Below, in pieces: positions 20,923 to 31,742 of a stretch of 64,000 bases of DNA. Source of the DNA: Alphaproteobacteria bacterium. GTDB taxonomy: Bacteria; Pseudomonadota; Alphaproteobacteria; MPNO01; UBA830. Below the pieces are notes generated by a model. That model did not search any database and was not told where the DNA came from. It saw only the letters and a list, made by a program, of their open reading frames with translations. The translations under genes and the position numbers were made by a program. Position 1 is the stretch's first letter, and the number at the start of each line of letters is the position of its first letter. The DNA lies in assembly GCA_965243135.1 (NCBI GenBank), contig OZ251539.1:3584001-3648000 (forward strand). The letters run 5' to 3'.

Positions 20923-22023
20923 ATGCTTCAGAAAATTGGGATGAAAAACTTCAAGTGCTTCGAAGTCCAGGATCTGTCTTGTGCACCTCTAACCGTCCTA
21001 TGTGGCTTGAACGGTACGGGAAAAAGCAGTGTTATTCAGGCGCTCCTTGTGTTGCGCCAGTCAGCTGTTTCCAATGGTCTCAGCAAAGGACATTTAACTC
21101 TCGAAGGGGATTTAATCAATATCGGTACCGGACGCGATGTCCTGTTCGAAGAGGCAAAATCGGATATCATTGGATTCGAACTATGTGATTCAAATATTCA
21201 AGAGACTTGCATGTTACATTTTTCCTACTCTAGAAATTTTGATCGGCTGAGCAGAATTGATCACGAACCTGCGATGGAATGGATGAAAATTCCGCCTATG
21301 GGCGGCAATCTTGCGTATGTCAGCGCGGAACGTATTGGTCCATACAAGACGTACATCCAACCCGAAATTCGTATCAGCAAGCTCGGAATTGACGACCATT
21401 ACACTATCGATCATCTTCGCGACCGGCAAGATCAGGTTTTTCATTCAGGCGATTCACGCAACGCTGGCCTGCCGCACTTGAGGCTGTCCGATGTAATGGA
21501 CTACTGGCTACAGGAGGTCGCGCCTAGCGCGCATCTTGCACTTGAAACATCTCCCGATTCAGACGCGATCATTGCCGGTTTTTCATTTGATCTCCCAAGC
21601 GACGTGAAAACCAGACGGTATCGGACCACTAACTTCGGCTTCGGCCTATCCTACGTGCTTCCGGTTTTAGATGCGTTGTTGTCGCCCGCCGGTACGTTGT
21701 GTTTGATCGAAAATCCGGAGGCCCATCTTCATCCCAGAGGACAAACCAGATTAGCCGAACTGGCCGTTCGTGCATCCCGAGCAGGCGTACAGGTCATCGT
21801 CGAAACTCACAGCGACTATTTCGTGGACGGCATCCGCATCGCCGTCCGAAACGGCTTGATTCCGCCCGATACTACCGCATTTCATTATTTCGAACGCAAC
21901 GCTGGAAAGATTGTTGTTTCTTCACCGCAGCTGGATACGGACGGCCGTTTGTCTTCGCATCCGACGGGCTTTTTGGATCAACACGAGGAGAATATGGCCA
22001 AGCTTATTGCGCCGATATCTTGA
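20923..22023 (+). CDS. AAA ATPase with DUF3696-type C-terminus
   Basis: KNFKCF, LTVLCGLNGTGKSSVIQALL, NFGFGLSYVLPVL, IENPEAHLHPRGQ, VETHSD, GRLSSHPTGFLDQ. Confidence 0.88.
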   Translation: MLQKIGMKNFKCFEVQDLSCAPLTVLCGLNGTGKSSVIQALLVLRQSAVSNGLSKGHLTLEGDLINIGTGRDVLFEEAKSDIIGFELCDSNIQETCMLHFSYSRNFDRLSRIDHEPAMEWMKIPPMGGNLAYVSAERIGPYKTYIQPEIRISKLGIDDHYTIDHLRDRQDQVFHSGDSRNAGLPHLRLSDVMDYWLQEVAPSAHLALETSPDSDAIIAGFSFDLPSDVKTRRYRTTNFGFGLSYVLPVLDALLSPAGTLCLIENPEAHLHPRGQTRLAELAVRASRAGVQVIVETHSDYFVDGIRIAVRNGLIPPDTTAFHYFERNAGKIVVSSPQLDTDGRLSSHPTGFLDQHEENMAKLIAPIS

Positions 22024-22024
22024 C

Positions 22025-22339
22025 ATGAGAGGACTAAATCTCGATCATCCTAGTGTCTATGAGACCGAATCCAATAATCCTGAAATTCTCGATTCGTTCT
22101 AGAACGTTATGAGAGGCATAACCTCTATCATAGATTATGGAATCGTAGAAAAATATCTGCGGGCGAAAACAGGTCTAACTTTCCTTGATACTTACGGACG
22201 AACGCGTCATGATCTGGCTCTCGAACCTCAACGAGGTGGTTACTGGAACGAATCCAGTTCTCGTTGGATTGACACCCAAAATTCCGCTGTCGAACGAATT
22301 AAGAGACACCGCTTCAAGTTTGAAGTGCAACATGCGTGA
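22025..22339 (+). pseudogene. partner gene of the DUF3696 ATPase with an internal stop
   Basis: ATG 1 nt after the ATPase stop; in-frame TAG at 22100-22102, and the same frame continues (MRGITSIIDYGIVEKYLRA). Confidence 0.45.
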
Positions 22340-22414
22340 TGGCCGACCGACCGTTTGCAGCAAGATGTTGCGGAGAGGTCAGGCGATGCGGATAGTAAGT
22401 CCAAAACGGAGATT

Positions 22415-23345
22415 GGACCAACAGCTATCATCGCCTGACCCGCAACGAACGTTGGCAGATGATTAAGGAAAGCGGCGAGGCCGCGAACTGATCCGCAACG
22501 CAAGCCAGCGCGACCAGGCCGGCCGGGCGCCACAGCGCGGCTTCGGCGCAGCCTCGGAACCCCGGAGCGTTGGGGGAAGTCGACGAGAGGCTGGCTCCGC
22601 GGTGGAGTCCGGACTCGGGATCCCGTGTGCACGGACATGATAATCGATGGAAACATTTGGAGAACCCGATCGAAATACGATAGGGTCCTGCCAGCGGCCA
22701 CGAGTTCACTGGTTGCCTTCAGGGCCAAACCATGGTGCTGCGGGACCATGCTGAAAAAACAGTATTCCCGGCCCGATCACCCTCAGGCGTGAGAGGAAAC
22801 GGAAACGCCCTCCTTCCAGGCGTGGCATCCTCGATTATTTTGCACCTGAAACTGCCGATTATCGTGACTGCTCACAGGTCGAGCGGTCGGCCACGAGTGG
22901 CAAGCGCGTGTGGAACGGGCTGGCGGAACACTGCGTCTGCGGCGGTGCGGCAAGAAGCGGAACTCGCGCGCCAAAGGGCAGGCGGGCCGCGGCCGGGTGG
23001 ACATACGCCCGAAGATCGTCGAGGAGAAGTCGCGGGTCGGGGACTGGAGGGGGACACGGGTTCGCGCCACCGGGGTGCCGTACCGTCGCTGGTGGACCGC
23101 CCTTCCATGTTCACGTTTCTGGCCCTGCTCGGCGGCAGGACGGCCAAGGAAGCGGGCCACGCATGTGTCCCGTACAAGGGGTTCGTGCGCACGACTACAA
23201 CGGCAAGGAGTTTGCAGCCCACAGGGCGGTTGCCAAGGCTCTGGAAGCGTTGTTCTTCTTCGCGCAGCCGCGCGGGAGCGCGGCCTGAACGAGCACGGGC
23301 TGGTCCGCCAGCACAAGGCGACCGACTTTCGCACCCCTCCGCCTT
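22415..23345 (+). mobile_element. IS30-family transposase relic, multiply frameshifted and interrupted
   Basis: SYHRLTRNERWQ, ERLAPRWSP, RRCGKKRN..GRGRVDIRPKIVEEKSRVGDW, DYNGKEFAAH, GLNEHGLVRQ..TDFR. Confidence 0.8.
22624..22878. mobile_element. MITE-like insertion inside the IS30 relic
   Basis: TGTGCACGGACATGATAATCG (22626) vs rc of 22856-22876 TGTGAGCAGTCACGATAATCG, 16/21 match; splits the IS30 similarity. Confidence 0.55.
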
Positions 23346-23910
23346 GACATCTTGACTTACGCCGGCCCGGCCCGATAATGCCCTCACGAGAGGGATTGTC
23401 GACCGTCGGCGTCGCGCTTCGGAGTTGATAGGCGGCGGCGATACCGATCTGGAACGCTTTGGAGAGAGAAATGGGAAAAATTGTCCCTTGGGACAGCCCA
23501 AGGCGTAACCACGGTGCGGCAACATCGGATTTCGCGAAGATCGCCGCCGACGTGCAGTCGCGTGGTCTGCCCAAACCAGGGAGTAGCGGCAACTTCCAGA
23601 TCACGATCCGGAATCCTTCCTAATCAAGTCGCCCGTGCACGGTGTACCTCGGAAAGCGCAGAAGGGAACGGGATCACCAACCCGGCGAACCTTGGTACAT
23701 CGAGTGGGAAACGCCGGGATCTCTTCCAAGAGCTCAGCGCATGAGAAAATATTGTTTTGCCAATCCGATCGATGTGATCAAGTGGCTCCGAACTTCCAAC
23801 TTCTGATTGTCATTCCGATTGCCGATGACGCTCCCTGCTGTTTCTTTCCGCAAATCACGTCCGATGCTTTATTGAGAGAAAATTGACCGTGAATTTGGTC
23901 CGTTATGGCA

Positions 23911-24170
23911 ATGAATACTCCAATATATGTAATCAACCTTGATACGGATGGCGTCGATAACGAAACGTCTAAATCATCTAAAACTCCTTTTTAAGCGTTT
24001 TCCGCCTACCGAGGGAAAAATATACCAGACCGTCCACAATCGGACTTTCCCAATCGGCCTTGTTCCCTTCAGGATGGAGAAGTCGGCTGCTATGCGAGTT
24101 ATCTTGATTGATTGAAGCGTTTCATTGATACCGGACCGCCCAGAGATAATACTGGAAGTCGAAATACATC
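23911..24170 (+). pseudogene. glycosyltransferase family 25 relic
   Basis: MNTPIYVINLDTD, KRFSAYRG, LQDGEVGCYASYL with stops and frameshifts. Confidence 0.6.
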
Positions 24171-24672
24171 GGACCGCATCTACCCCCTCCGATCATGTGC
24201 CGACAATCGCTAGTCCGTCATGTTCTACGCTCGTGGTTTGCGGCAGCTTTGTTTCGGTCCCGCTACGCGGGCTTGACTTGGATTGTGGTTCATGTGGCTG
24301 TATTCTGCCGTGAATGACGAATGGTTCTAGAACCACGTCATTCAGGATCTGCAATGCCTGCATCGCTCGGGCTGCCGGCGAACGAACCGTTCGTTTTTCA
24401 TGGCGGGGCATGCCGTTCGCGCTTCGGGCTGTATAGGGTCGCCGAAAGCGAACTCAAGCCGTAGCGAGGTCAACGCGCTTCTCGCGGTTTGTGCTCGACA
24501 GAGATGTCAGCGGGCGCTGCGATAGCCAACCTGCTCCCGCTGTCTCGTCCAGCGGGCGGCGGAGTATGGTTTGGTAGCCATGGCGGCGGCTCAGTGTCCG
24601 GCACGATGAAGTTCTCGGCAAATTCCGGCTCCGTTTCGGAGCGTCTATGACATGCGGGCGACAGCCCGCCGA

Positions 24673-27078
24673 TCACGATCTCAGCCGCAGATTCTTGGGA
24701 TCGTAAAGCGCCTCGCCGAGCACCTTCGCTGCGCGCCGATCGCCAAGTATCGTCACTTCGAGTTCGGTGCCCGGCTCCGCGAAACCCGGTTCGACGTATG
24801 CGAAGGCGATGCTCCGGCGCACGGCATGGCCGTAGGCGCCGCTCGTGGTGAGGCCGACGACGCGGCCGCCGGCGTACACCGGTTCGTTGCCGTGAGCGTC
24901 CGCGTCCGCGGCGTCGACGGCAAGGTAAGCCAGACGGGTATCGCCCCCGTTGCGGGCGCGCTCGGCGAACGCCTCCTTGCCGATGAACGGGCTTGCCGGA
25001 TCGACGAACCGCTCCAGCCCGCTCTCGACCGGCGTGATCTCGGTCGTGAGCTCCAGCCCCCATTCCTTGTACGCCTTCTCCATCCGAAGCGAATTGACGG
25101 CGTACAACCCGAAATCCCGAACGTCGTACGCGGCTCCGGCCTCCATCACCGCATCGTAGAGCTCCGGCATGCGGGCCGCCGGATGATGAAGTTCCCAGCC
25201 GAGCTCGCCCACGTAGGAAACCCTCAGCGCCCGCGTCGGAATCCCGGCGACTTCGATCTCTCGCGCAGACAGCCAGGGGAACGCTTCGTTTCCGAGGTCC
25301 GCGCCGGTCAGGCTGGCCAACAGTTCCCGGGACCGCGGACCGGCCACCGCGAGGACGCAGTAATCGTCGGTCACGTCGTCGATCGCCGCGTCCTCGCCAG
25401 CGCGGCGGTGAAGCGCCAGCCAGTCGCGGTCGTGGAGACGCGCCGCGGAAGCCGATAGCAGATAGAACCGGTCCCCGCCGAGCCGCGTGATCGTGAACTC
25501 GCTTTCGATGCCGCCGAGTTCGGTGAGCGCATGGGCGAGAACGATGCGGCCGTCGCGCGGCGGCCGGTTGGCGACGACCCGGTCGAGAAAGGCGGCCGCA
25601 TCGCGCCCCGAGACCTCGAACTTCGCGAAGCTGGACAGATCGAGCGCGCCTGCGCGCTCGCGCACCGCTCTGCATTCCTCCGCCACCGGTTCGAACCAGT
25701 TCATGCGGCGAAAGCCGTAGCGCTCCCCGGCGCCTTCCTTGTCGAACCACTTCGCCCGTTCCCAGCCGAAGGTCTCGGCGAACGCGGCGCCCCGCGCCGC
25801 CAGCCTGTCGTGGATCGGCGCGGTCCTGACCGGACGCCCGGCTTCCCGGTGCTCGCCCGGATAATGCACCTGATACATCTGGTGGTACTCGTCGATCGCC
25901 TTCGCCACGCCGTAATCGCCGACCGCCCAGTCGCCGAAACGCCTGGCCTCCATTTCGCGCACGTTGATCTCGGTCTGGCCGTGAACCATCCACTGAGCCA
26001 GATACTTCCCGGCGCCGGGGCCCTGCGTGATCCCGATGCCGGCGCCGCAGCACATCCAGAAGTTCGGCAAGGCCGGACCGATGAGAAACCCGCTGTCGGG
26101 CGTATGGGTGATCGGTCCGCTGACGACCCGGCGGATGCCGGCGTTCGCGAACGCGGGGATCCGTTCGGCCGCGAGCTCGAGCCACGGAAATAGCCGGTCG
26201 ATGTCGGGCGGCAGCAGTTCGGTGTCGAACGACCAGTCTATCCCGTCGAGCGCCCACGCCTGCGCGCCCTCCGTCTCGTAGGGACCGACGATCAGGCCGT
26301 CCTGCTCCTGGCGATAGTAGCAGGAAGCGCGAGGATCCCGGACGACCGGCGGCTCCCGTTCGAGAGCCGCCACGGAGTCGAGGTTTTCCGTGACCAGATA
26401 CTGATGGACCATGTTCACGATCGGCACCTTGAGGCCGACCATCGCGCCGATCCGGGGCGCGAACCCTCCGGCGGCGTTGACCACGTGCTCGGCGGCAATG
26501 GTTCCGTGCTCGGTCGCGACGTCCCATGTCCCGTCGGAACGCCGGCCGATGTCGAGGACCCGGTTGCGGAGATGGATCTCCGCTCCGCCCGCGCGGGCGC
26601 CCGCGGCCATCGCCATCGTGCTGCTGGCGGGATCGGTGTGGCCGTCGCCCGGAGTGTAGGCGCCCAGCAGCACGCCCTCCGTATCGAGCAGAGGGTGCAG
26701 TTCGGCGATCTCGGCGGGGCCGACGAGGTGGCACTCCGCTCCGACGCAGCGCAGAACGCCCTGAACGTAGCGAAACCAGTCGGCCTCGTCCTGGTTGGTC
26801 GCGAGCCGGATCGAGCCGCATCCGTGCCAGCCGGTCGCCTGACCGGTCTCCTCCTCCAGCCTCTTATAGAGCTGGGAGGCGTAATGGTGGACCTTGGCCA
26901 TGTTGAGGCTGCCGATGAAATGCGGCGTCAGTCCGGCGGCGTGCCAGGTGGACCCCGAGGTGAGTTCGCCCTTTTCCACCAGGACGAGGTCCGACCACCC
27001 CTCCCTGGCCAGATGATAAAGGGCGGAGACTCCCATGACGCCGCCGCCGATGACGACGACGCGCGCATGCGACTTCAT
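24673..27078 (-). CDS. FAD-dependent oxidoreductase/GcvT fusion (dimethylglycine/sarcosine dehydrogenase family)
   Basis: VVIGGGVMG, TSGSTWHAAG, GWERAKWF, RVSYVGELGWELH, NSLRMEKAY, LYDPKNLRLRS. Confidence 0.92.
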   Translation of the reverse strand: MKSHARVVVIGGGVMGVSALYHLAREGWSDLVLVEKGELTSGSTWHAAGLTPHFIGSLNMAKVHHYASQLYKRLEEETGQATGWHGCGSIRLATNQDEADWFRYVQGVLRCVGAECHLVGPAEIAELHPLLDTEGVLLGAYTPGDGHTDPASSTMAMAAGARAGGAEIHLRNRVLDIGRRSDGTWDVATEHGTIAAEHVVNAAGGFAPRIGAMVGLKVPIVNMVHQYLVTENLDSVAALEREPPVVRDPRASCYYRQEQDGLIVGPYETEGAQAWALDGIDWSFDTELLPPDIDRLFPWLELAAERIPAFANAGIRRVVSGPITHTPDSGFLIGPALPNFWMCCGAGIGITQGPGAGKYLAQWMVHGQTEINVREMEARRFGDWAVGDYGVAKAIDEYHQMYQVHYPGEHREAGRPVRTAPIHDRLAARGAAFAETFGWERAKWFDKEGAGERYGFRRMNWFEPVAEECRAVRERAGALDLSSFAKFEVSGRDAAAFLDRVVANRPPRDGRIVLAHALTELGGIESEFTITRLGGDRFYLLSASAARLHDRDWLALHRRAGEDAAIDDVTDDYCVLAVAGPRSRELLASLTGADLGNEAFPWLSAREIEVAGIPTRALRVSYVGELGWELHHPAARMPELYDAVMEAGAAYDVRDFGLYAVNSLRMEKAYKEWGLELTTEITPVESGLERFVDPASPFIGKEAFAERARNGGDTRLAYLAVDAADADAHGNEPVYAGGRVVGLTTSGAYGHAVRRSIAFAYVEPGFAEPGTELEVTILGDRRAAKVLGEALYDPKNLRLRS

Positions 27079-27154
27079 CGACGGAGCCCCTGCGCTTGGC
27101 GCCGTTCTTCGGCGCCTTCGGGAGTCATTTCGCCGGCCCCTCCGTTCCCGCGCC

Positions 27155-28246
27155 TCAGAAACTGACCTTGCTGTAGATGTGCTTCTCCAGCGCGGCGGCG
27201 TATGCCCCCTCGTCGGCCCCGACCTTGTCGACGATGCCTTCCCACTTCCTGAGCATCGCGAGGTGTCGCTCGATCAGCCGCTCGGGATCCTTTACGCCGC
27301 GTTTTCGCATGTCCGCCGCAACGGCGTCCTTCTCGGAATCGCGGTACTTCCGCAACGCGTCGACAATGTCCGTTCCGGGCTTGCGAAACCGAATGCCCTC
27401 GTTCTTCAACGTCGCGGTGATCTCCGCGCCGCGCGTCTGGTAGGCATTGGTGTAGCGCGCCGACCATACGGGCAGCATTTTCTTGAGCTCGGCCTTCTGC
27501 GCCGCGTTCATCTTCGCCAGCGAATCGCGGTTGACCACGAACCATCCGAGTCCGTGGAAAACCCCAAGGTCGTGGTCCATGACCGTCTTGGCGATGTCTT
27601 TCAACCTGAGCGTCGTCATCCAGTCGATCGGACCGAAGGTGCAGTCGATCTGTCCCTTTTGCATCGCCTGGTTGATCGCGGGCGGGTTCATGTTGACGCC
27701 GATGCCGCCCAGCGCGGCGATCATCCGGGTCGCCATGCCGCCGGTCACCCGCGACCGGCGGCCCTTGAGGTCGGCCAGGCTCTCGATCGGCTTCCGGCAG
27801 ATGAGCTTCCACGGAGTCGCTCCGAAACCGGCCAGCCAGACCGCGTTGTAGCGCGCGAGATCGGCGCGGCATTCGGGGCAATCGAGAAGGATGGTCTCGT
27901 CCGTCGCGGCCTGAGCCGAACGCCCGTCCCGGGCGAACGGCAGCAGATCGGGCAGCATCGCGAGATGAGGTATCTCGCTCGCATTGATCGAGGGCACGAT
28001 GAAGCCTGCATCGACCACGCCGTCGCGGATTCCGCCGAGCGTCGCCCGCGCCCCGAGAAGCTGCCCGCCGGAATACACCTTCATCTTGACGGCGCCCGCC
28101 GTGCGTTTCTCCAGATCCTGCGCGAACTTGGGAAGAATCTGCCCTTCCATCGATTTCGGCGGCATCCAGTTGTTGTATTTGAAGTCGACGGCCAGCGCCG
28201 GAACGGCGGCCCACGACAAGAGAGCAAGCAGCAGCAGTCGTTTCAT
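27155..28246 (-). CDS. TRAP transporter substrate-binding protein (DctP family)
   Basis: Signal peptide; YSGGQLLG..TLGGIRDGVVDAG; DLKGRRSRVTG. Confidence 0.88.
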   Translation of the reverse strand: MKRLLLLALLSWAAVPALAVDFKYNNWMPPKSMEGQILPKFAQDLEKRTAGAVKMKVYSGGQLLGARATLGGIRDGVVDAGFIVPSINASEIPHLAMLPDLLPFARDGRSAQAATDETILLDCPECRADLARYNAVWLAGFGATPWKLICRKPIESLADLKGRRSRVTGGMATRMIAALGGIGVNMNPPAINQAMQKGQIDCTFGPIDWMTTLRLKDIAKTVMDHDLGVFHGLGWFVVNRDSLAKMNAAQKAELKKMLPVWSARYTNAYQTRGAEITATLKNEGIRFRKPGTDIVDALRKYRDSEKDAVAADMRKRGVKDPERLIERHLAMLRKWEGIVDKVGADEGAYAAALEKHIYSKVSF

Positions 28247-28277
28247 GTCCGGTTTCCTCCCTCGGTACGCCCCTATC

Positions 28278-29585
28278 CTATGGCATAAGACTGGGCAGAT
28301 ACAGCGAAATGCCGGGAAAGGCGATCAACGCCGCGACGATCGCGGCCTCGCACCCGAGAAACCAGAGCACCCCCCTGAATATCGTCTCCAGCGGCACCTC
28401 GTCGCCCACGATCGTCTTGACGGCATAGACGTTGAGTCCGACCGGCGGCGTCATCAGGCCTATCTCGACGTACTTGACGATCAGTATTCCGATCCATACC
28501 GGGTGCAGCGCGAGCGCGTCGAACAGCGGCAACATGATCGGGAGCGTGAGCAGCATCAGGCCGATCGGATCCAGAAACATGCCGAGGACGAGATAGATCA
28601 GCGAGGCGCCGACGACCAGCAGAATCGGATCGACCGCCCAATCGCCCATCAAGCCGGCCAGGTACCCCGGCATTCCGCTCAGCGCCATGAACCGCGTCAG
28701 CAGAATCGCGCCGACGGCGACGAAGAAGATCGTGGCCGTGCTTTCGATCGCCTCGAGCACGCTCCGGCGCAGGACGCGCCAAGACATGCGGCCCTGCAGC
28801 GAAGCGACGACGAAAGCCAGAAAGGCGCCGAACGCGCCCGCTTCGGTTGGCGAAACCACGCCGCCATAAATCCCGCCGATGACCGCGACGACCAGCACGG
28901 GAAGCGGCCATATGGTGCCCAGCACCGCAAGCTTTTCGCGCATGTCCGCCCGTTCGCCAGTGCGCGGCGCAAGGCGCGGCGCAAGGCGGCAGCGCCCAAC
29001 GATCATGACCGCGTAGACTCCGGCGGTGAGCAGCCCCGGCAAAATGCCAGCAATGAAGAGCTGCGCGACGGATTGCTCGGAGAAGACCGCGTAGAGGATC
29101 ATCAGCACGCTCGGCGGGATCATCGAGCCGAGATTGCCGGCCGACGCCACGACGCCCGTCGCAAGGCCTTTGTCGTAGCCGTAGCGCAGCATCTCGGGAA
29201 TCGCGATCCTGCCCATCGCCACCGTAGTCGCCAGACTCGAGCCGGAGGCGGCGGCGAAGCCGGCGCAGGCGAAATTGCTGGCGACCGCGAGTCCGCCGGG
29301 AAGAAAGCCGAGCCACAACCGCGCCGCGCGATAGAGCGTGGCCGTCATGCCGGAATGGTGGGCGATGGTCCCCATCAGAAGGAACATCGGAATCGCCGAC
29401 AGTTCCCACCGCGCCGAAAATTCGAACGGCAGCACGCCCAGCAAGCCGAACGCGGGCCCGGTTCCGAGGAATCCGATCAAGCCCGCGAGGGCGACGAGCC
29501 CGAGCGCCAACCCCACCGGAACGCGAAAGGCGATCAGAACCAGGATCGCCGCGACGCCGGCGAAGCCGGCCGCTACGTCGGACAC
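28278..29585 (-). CDS. TRAP transporter large permease (DctM)
   Basis: SAIPMFLLMG, ASGSSLAT, LGSMIPPSVLMILY, SPTEAGAFGA, EIGLMTPPVGLN. Confidence 0.92.
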   Translation of the reverse strand: MSDVAAGFAGVAAILVLIAFRVPVGLALGLVALAGLIGFLGTGPAFGLLGVLPFEFSARWELSAIPMFLLMGTIAHHSGMTATLYRAARLWLGFLPGGLAVASNFACAGFAAASGSSLATTVAMGRIAIPEMLRYGYDKGLATGVVASAGNLGSMIPPSVLMILYAVFSEQSVAQLFIAGILPGLLTAGVYAVMIVGRCRLAPRLAPRTGERADMREKLAVLGTIWPLPVLVVAVIGGIYGGVVSPTEAGAFGAFLAFVVASLQGRMSWRVLRRSVLEAIESTATIFFVAVGAILLTRFMALSGMPGYLAGLMGDWAVDPILLVVGASLIYLVLGMFLDPIGLMLLTLPIMLPLFDALALHPVWIGILIVKYVEIGLMTPPVGLNVYAVKTIVGDEVPLETIFRGVLWFLGCEAAIVAALIAFPGISLYLPSLMP

Positions 29586-29587
29586 GT

Positions 29588-30085
29588 TCAGCGTCGGCCG
29601 GCGGCGGGGAACGCCAAACGAACCGCCTGCAGGAACGCATAGCAGCCCATTGCCCCGACGCCGACGGGAACGAACCAACGGGCAGGAAAGATGTACACGA
29701 AGTAGCCTGACGTCTGGACCGATTCCACGATGTCCAGGCTTCTCAGCGCGTCGATGGAGGAACGCCAGACCAGCAAACCGGCGAAACCGGCCATCGCAAG
29801 ATAAGTCAGCGCGCCGGTTATCCGGAGCGTCGCCGGAGACAAGAAGCGAACGAGCAGTTCCGCCGCTATATGCCCGTCGGCGCGCTGCACATGGGCGAGC
29901 GGAAAGAAGATCAGTCCGACCATGTAGTAGTGCGCGACGATCTCCAACGTTCCCGCGACCGGAAAATTGAACAGGAACTTGGCGATTACGTCGACGACCA
30001 CGTGCAAAGCCATCAACACGCCGACGACGATGCCGAGGTCGACCAGGCGATCCGCTACGGCATCGAGCGCCCGCTGGAGGGTCAT
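29588..30085 (-). CDS. TRAP transporter small permease (DctQ)
   Basis: 4 TM helices; DVIAKFLFNFPVAGTLEIV, GHIAAELL. Confidence 0.85.
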   Translation of the reverse strand: MTLQRALDAVADRLVDLGIVVGVLMALHVVVDVIAKFLFNFPVAGTLEIVAHYYMVGLIFFPLAHVQRADGHIAAELLVRFLSPATLRITGALTYLAMAGFAGLLVWRSSIDALRSLDIVESVQTSGYFVYIFPARWFVPVGVGAMGCYAFLQAVRLAFPAAGRR

Positions 30086-30362
30086 CGAGATCTCCCGGAT
30101 CATGCCGGACGCGGCGCGTCTACCGCATGCGGAATTCAATACGAAAAACCGACGGGACGCCAGCCGAATCCGCGGCGCCGGTTTCACGAGCGAAACCGGC
30201 GCCGCGCGTCGTCCTGCGCAATGACGCTTGCCGGACATCCCAGCCGCCGGACTCGCAGTGCGGCGGCGCAAGCTCCAGAGCCGCCTACCCAACCCCGCCC
30301 GGCGCATGTCGTTCCCTGGCGACCCCGGCATCGCCGGGCGCCGCCGGAACGCCCGGCGACCG

Positions 30363-31742
30363 TCAGAGGGCCGGGCGCGCGGAGAACCCGACGATTTGCT
30401 CGACCCTTTCCGCGACAGCGAGCAATTTCCCGTCCGAACCCGCCGGACCGTCGAGTTCCATGCCCACGGGCAACCCGCCCGGCGTCAGGCCGACGGGAAG
30501 GCTGACGCCGGGAATTCCCGCATTGCTGCCGGGATCGGTGTTGCGGATGTACGTTTCGAAAGTCGGCGCCCGCCTCCCGTTGAGTTCGACCGTCTCGTCG
30601 TCGCCGATCGGCCGCGCCGATATCGGAGACGTGGGGAAAATCATGGCGTCGACCTCCTCGAAGCAACCGTGGTAGGCCATCTGCAGCCTCGGCCGCGCGA
30701 CGTTGAGGGCGTGCAAGTACGCCTCTTCGGGAACACCGCCCTTGCCGATCTGCGCTCCGAAAATCGCCTTGACGTCCGCGCTGCCGATGCCGTTCAGCAC
30801 GTCCCGCATCGACAGCCCGATGCCGCTCTCGGCGAAATAACGCGGCAGGTCGCGCGCGAACTCGAACAGCGCGACTGGAAAGCCCACCTCGGCGTTGAGG
30901 TCCGCGAGGGCGGGCACGCGAAGCTCCACGAGCCGAATTCCGGAGTTCGCGAGCAGGTCCAGCACCCGCTCCGCTTCATCCGACACCGCAGGCTCCAGAT
31001 CGCCGTAGAATTGCTCTCTGGGGACGCCGAGACTGATCCGCCGGGGCGCCCGTCGGTCACGCGCCCTGCCCGCCATCGCCGAGTCCAGCAGGCGGACATC
31101 GGCGACGCTGCGCGCCATCGGGCCGGCGGTATCCCGCGTATGCGAAATTGGAACGATTCCGGCGCCCGAATAGCGGCCGACCGTAGGTCGGAACCCGACG
31201 ATGCCGCAGAGGGCCGCCGGCAGGCGAACGGAGGCGCCGGTGTCCGTCCCGATTCCGCCGGGCATCATGCGCGCGGCCACGGCGACCGCCACCCCGCCGC
31301 TCGAACCCCCGGGGATCATCGATGGATCGTAAGGATTGCGCGCCGCGCCGGTCACGGCGTTGTTGTTCGTAACTCCGAACGCGAGTTCGTGCATGTTGCC
31401 CTTGCCGCCGAGCAGCGCGCCGGCATTGAACAACGCCGCAGCGACGGGCGCGTTTCCGGACGCGACGAAATTCTTCAGCGCGCCGGTCGCGGCGCCGGTC
31501 GGAAGCGCCGCCGTATTGATGTTGTCCTTGAAAACCAGGGGGATCCCTCCGAGCGGCAGCCCGGCGTCCGCTTCTTCGGCCGCCTCCATCAGGGCGTCCC
31601 AGTCGCAGGAAACCAAGGCGTTGAGCCCAACCTGCGCATCGCATCGTTCGATCAGCGCTTCCGCATATTCGCGGGCGGAAACCTTGTCGCCTCTCAGCGC
31701 CGCCAACGCTTCCAGGATGGTCAGTTCGGTCAGGTCCGGCAT
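30363..31742 (-). CDS. amidase-signature enzyme (indoleacetamide/mandelamide hydrolase-like)
   Basis: VFKDNI (Lys), KGNMHELAFG, PGGSSGG, GTDTGASVRLPAALCG, RNTDPGSNAGIPG. Confidence 0.9.
   Translation of the reverse strand: MPDLTELTILEALAALRGDKVSAREYAEALIERCDAQVGLNALVSCDWDALMEAAEEADAGLPLGGIPLVFKDNINTAALPTGAATGALKNFVASGNAPVAAALFNAGALLGGKGNMHELAFGVTNNNAVTGAARNPYDPSMIPGGSSGGVAVAVAARMMPGGIGTDTGASVRLPAALCGIVGFRPTVGRYSGAGIVPISHTRDTAGPMARSVADVRLLDSAMAGRARDRRAPRRISLGVPREQFYGDLEPAVSDEAERVLDLLANSGIRLVELRVPALADLNAEVGFPVALFEFARDLPRYFAESGIGLSMRDVLNGIGSADVKAIFGAQIGKGGVPEEAYLHALNVARPRLQMAYHGCFEEVDAMIFPTSPISARPIGDDETVELNGRRAPTFETYIRNTDPGSNAGIPGVSLPVGLTPGGLPVGMELDGPAGSDGKLLAVAERVEQIVGFSARPAL

Noticed and set aside
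23352-23379. TTGACT-16-GATAAT promoter-like site
   Set aside because: No intact downstream gene to support it.
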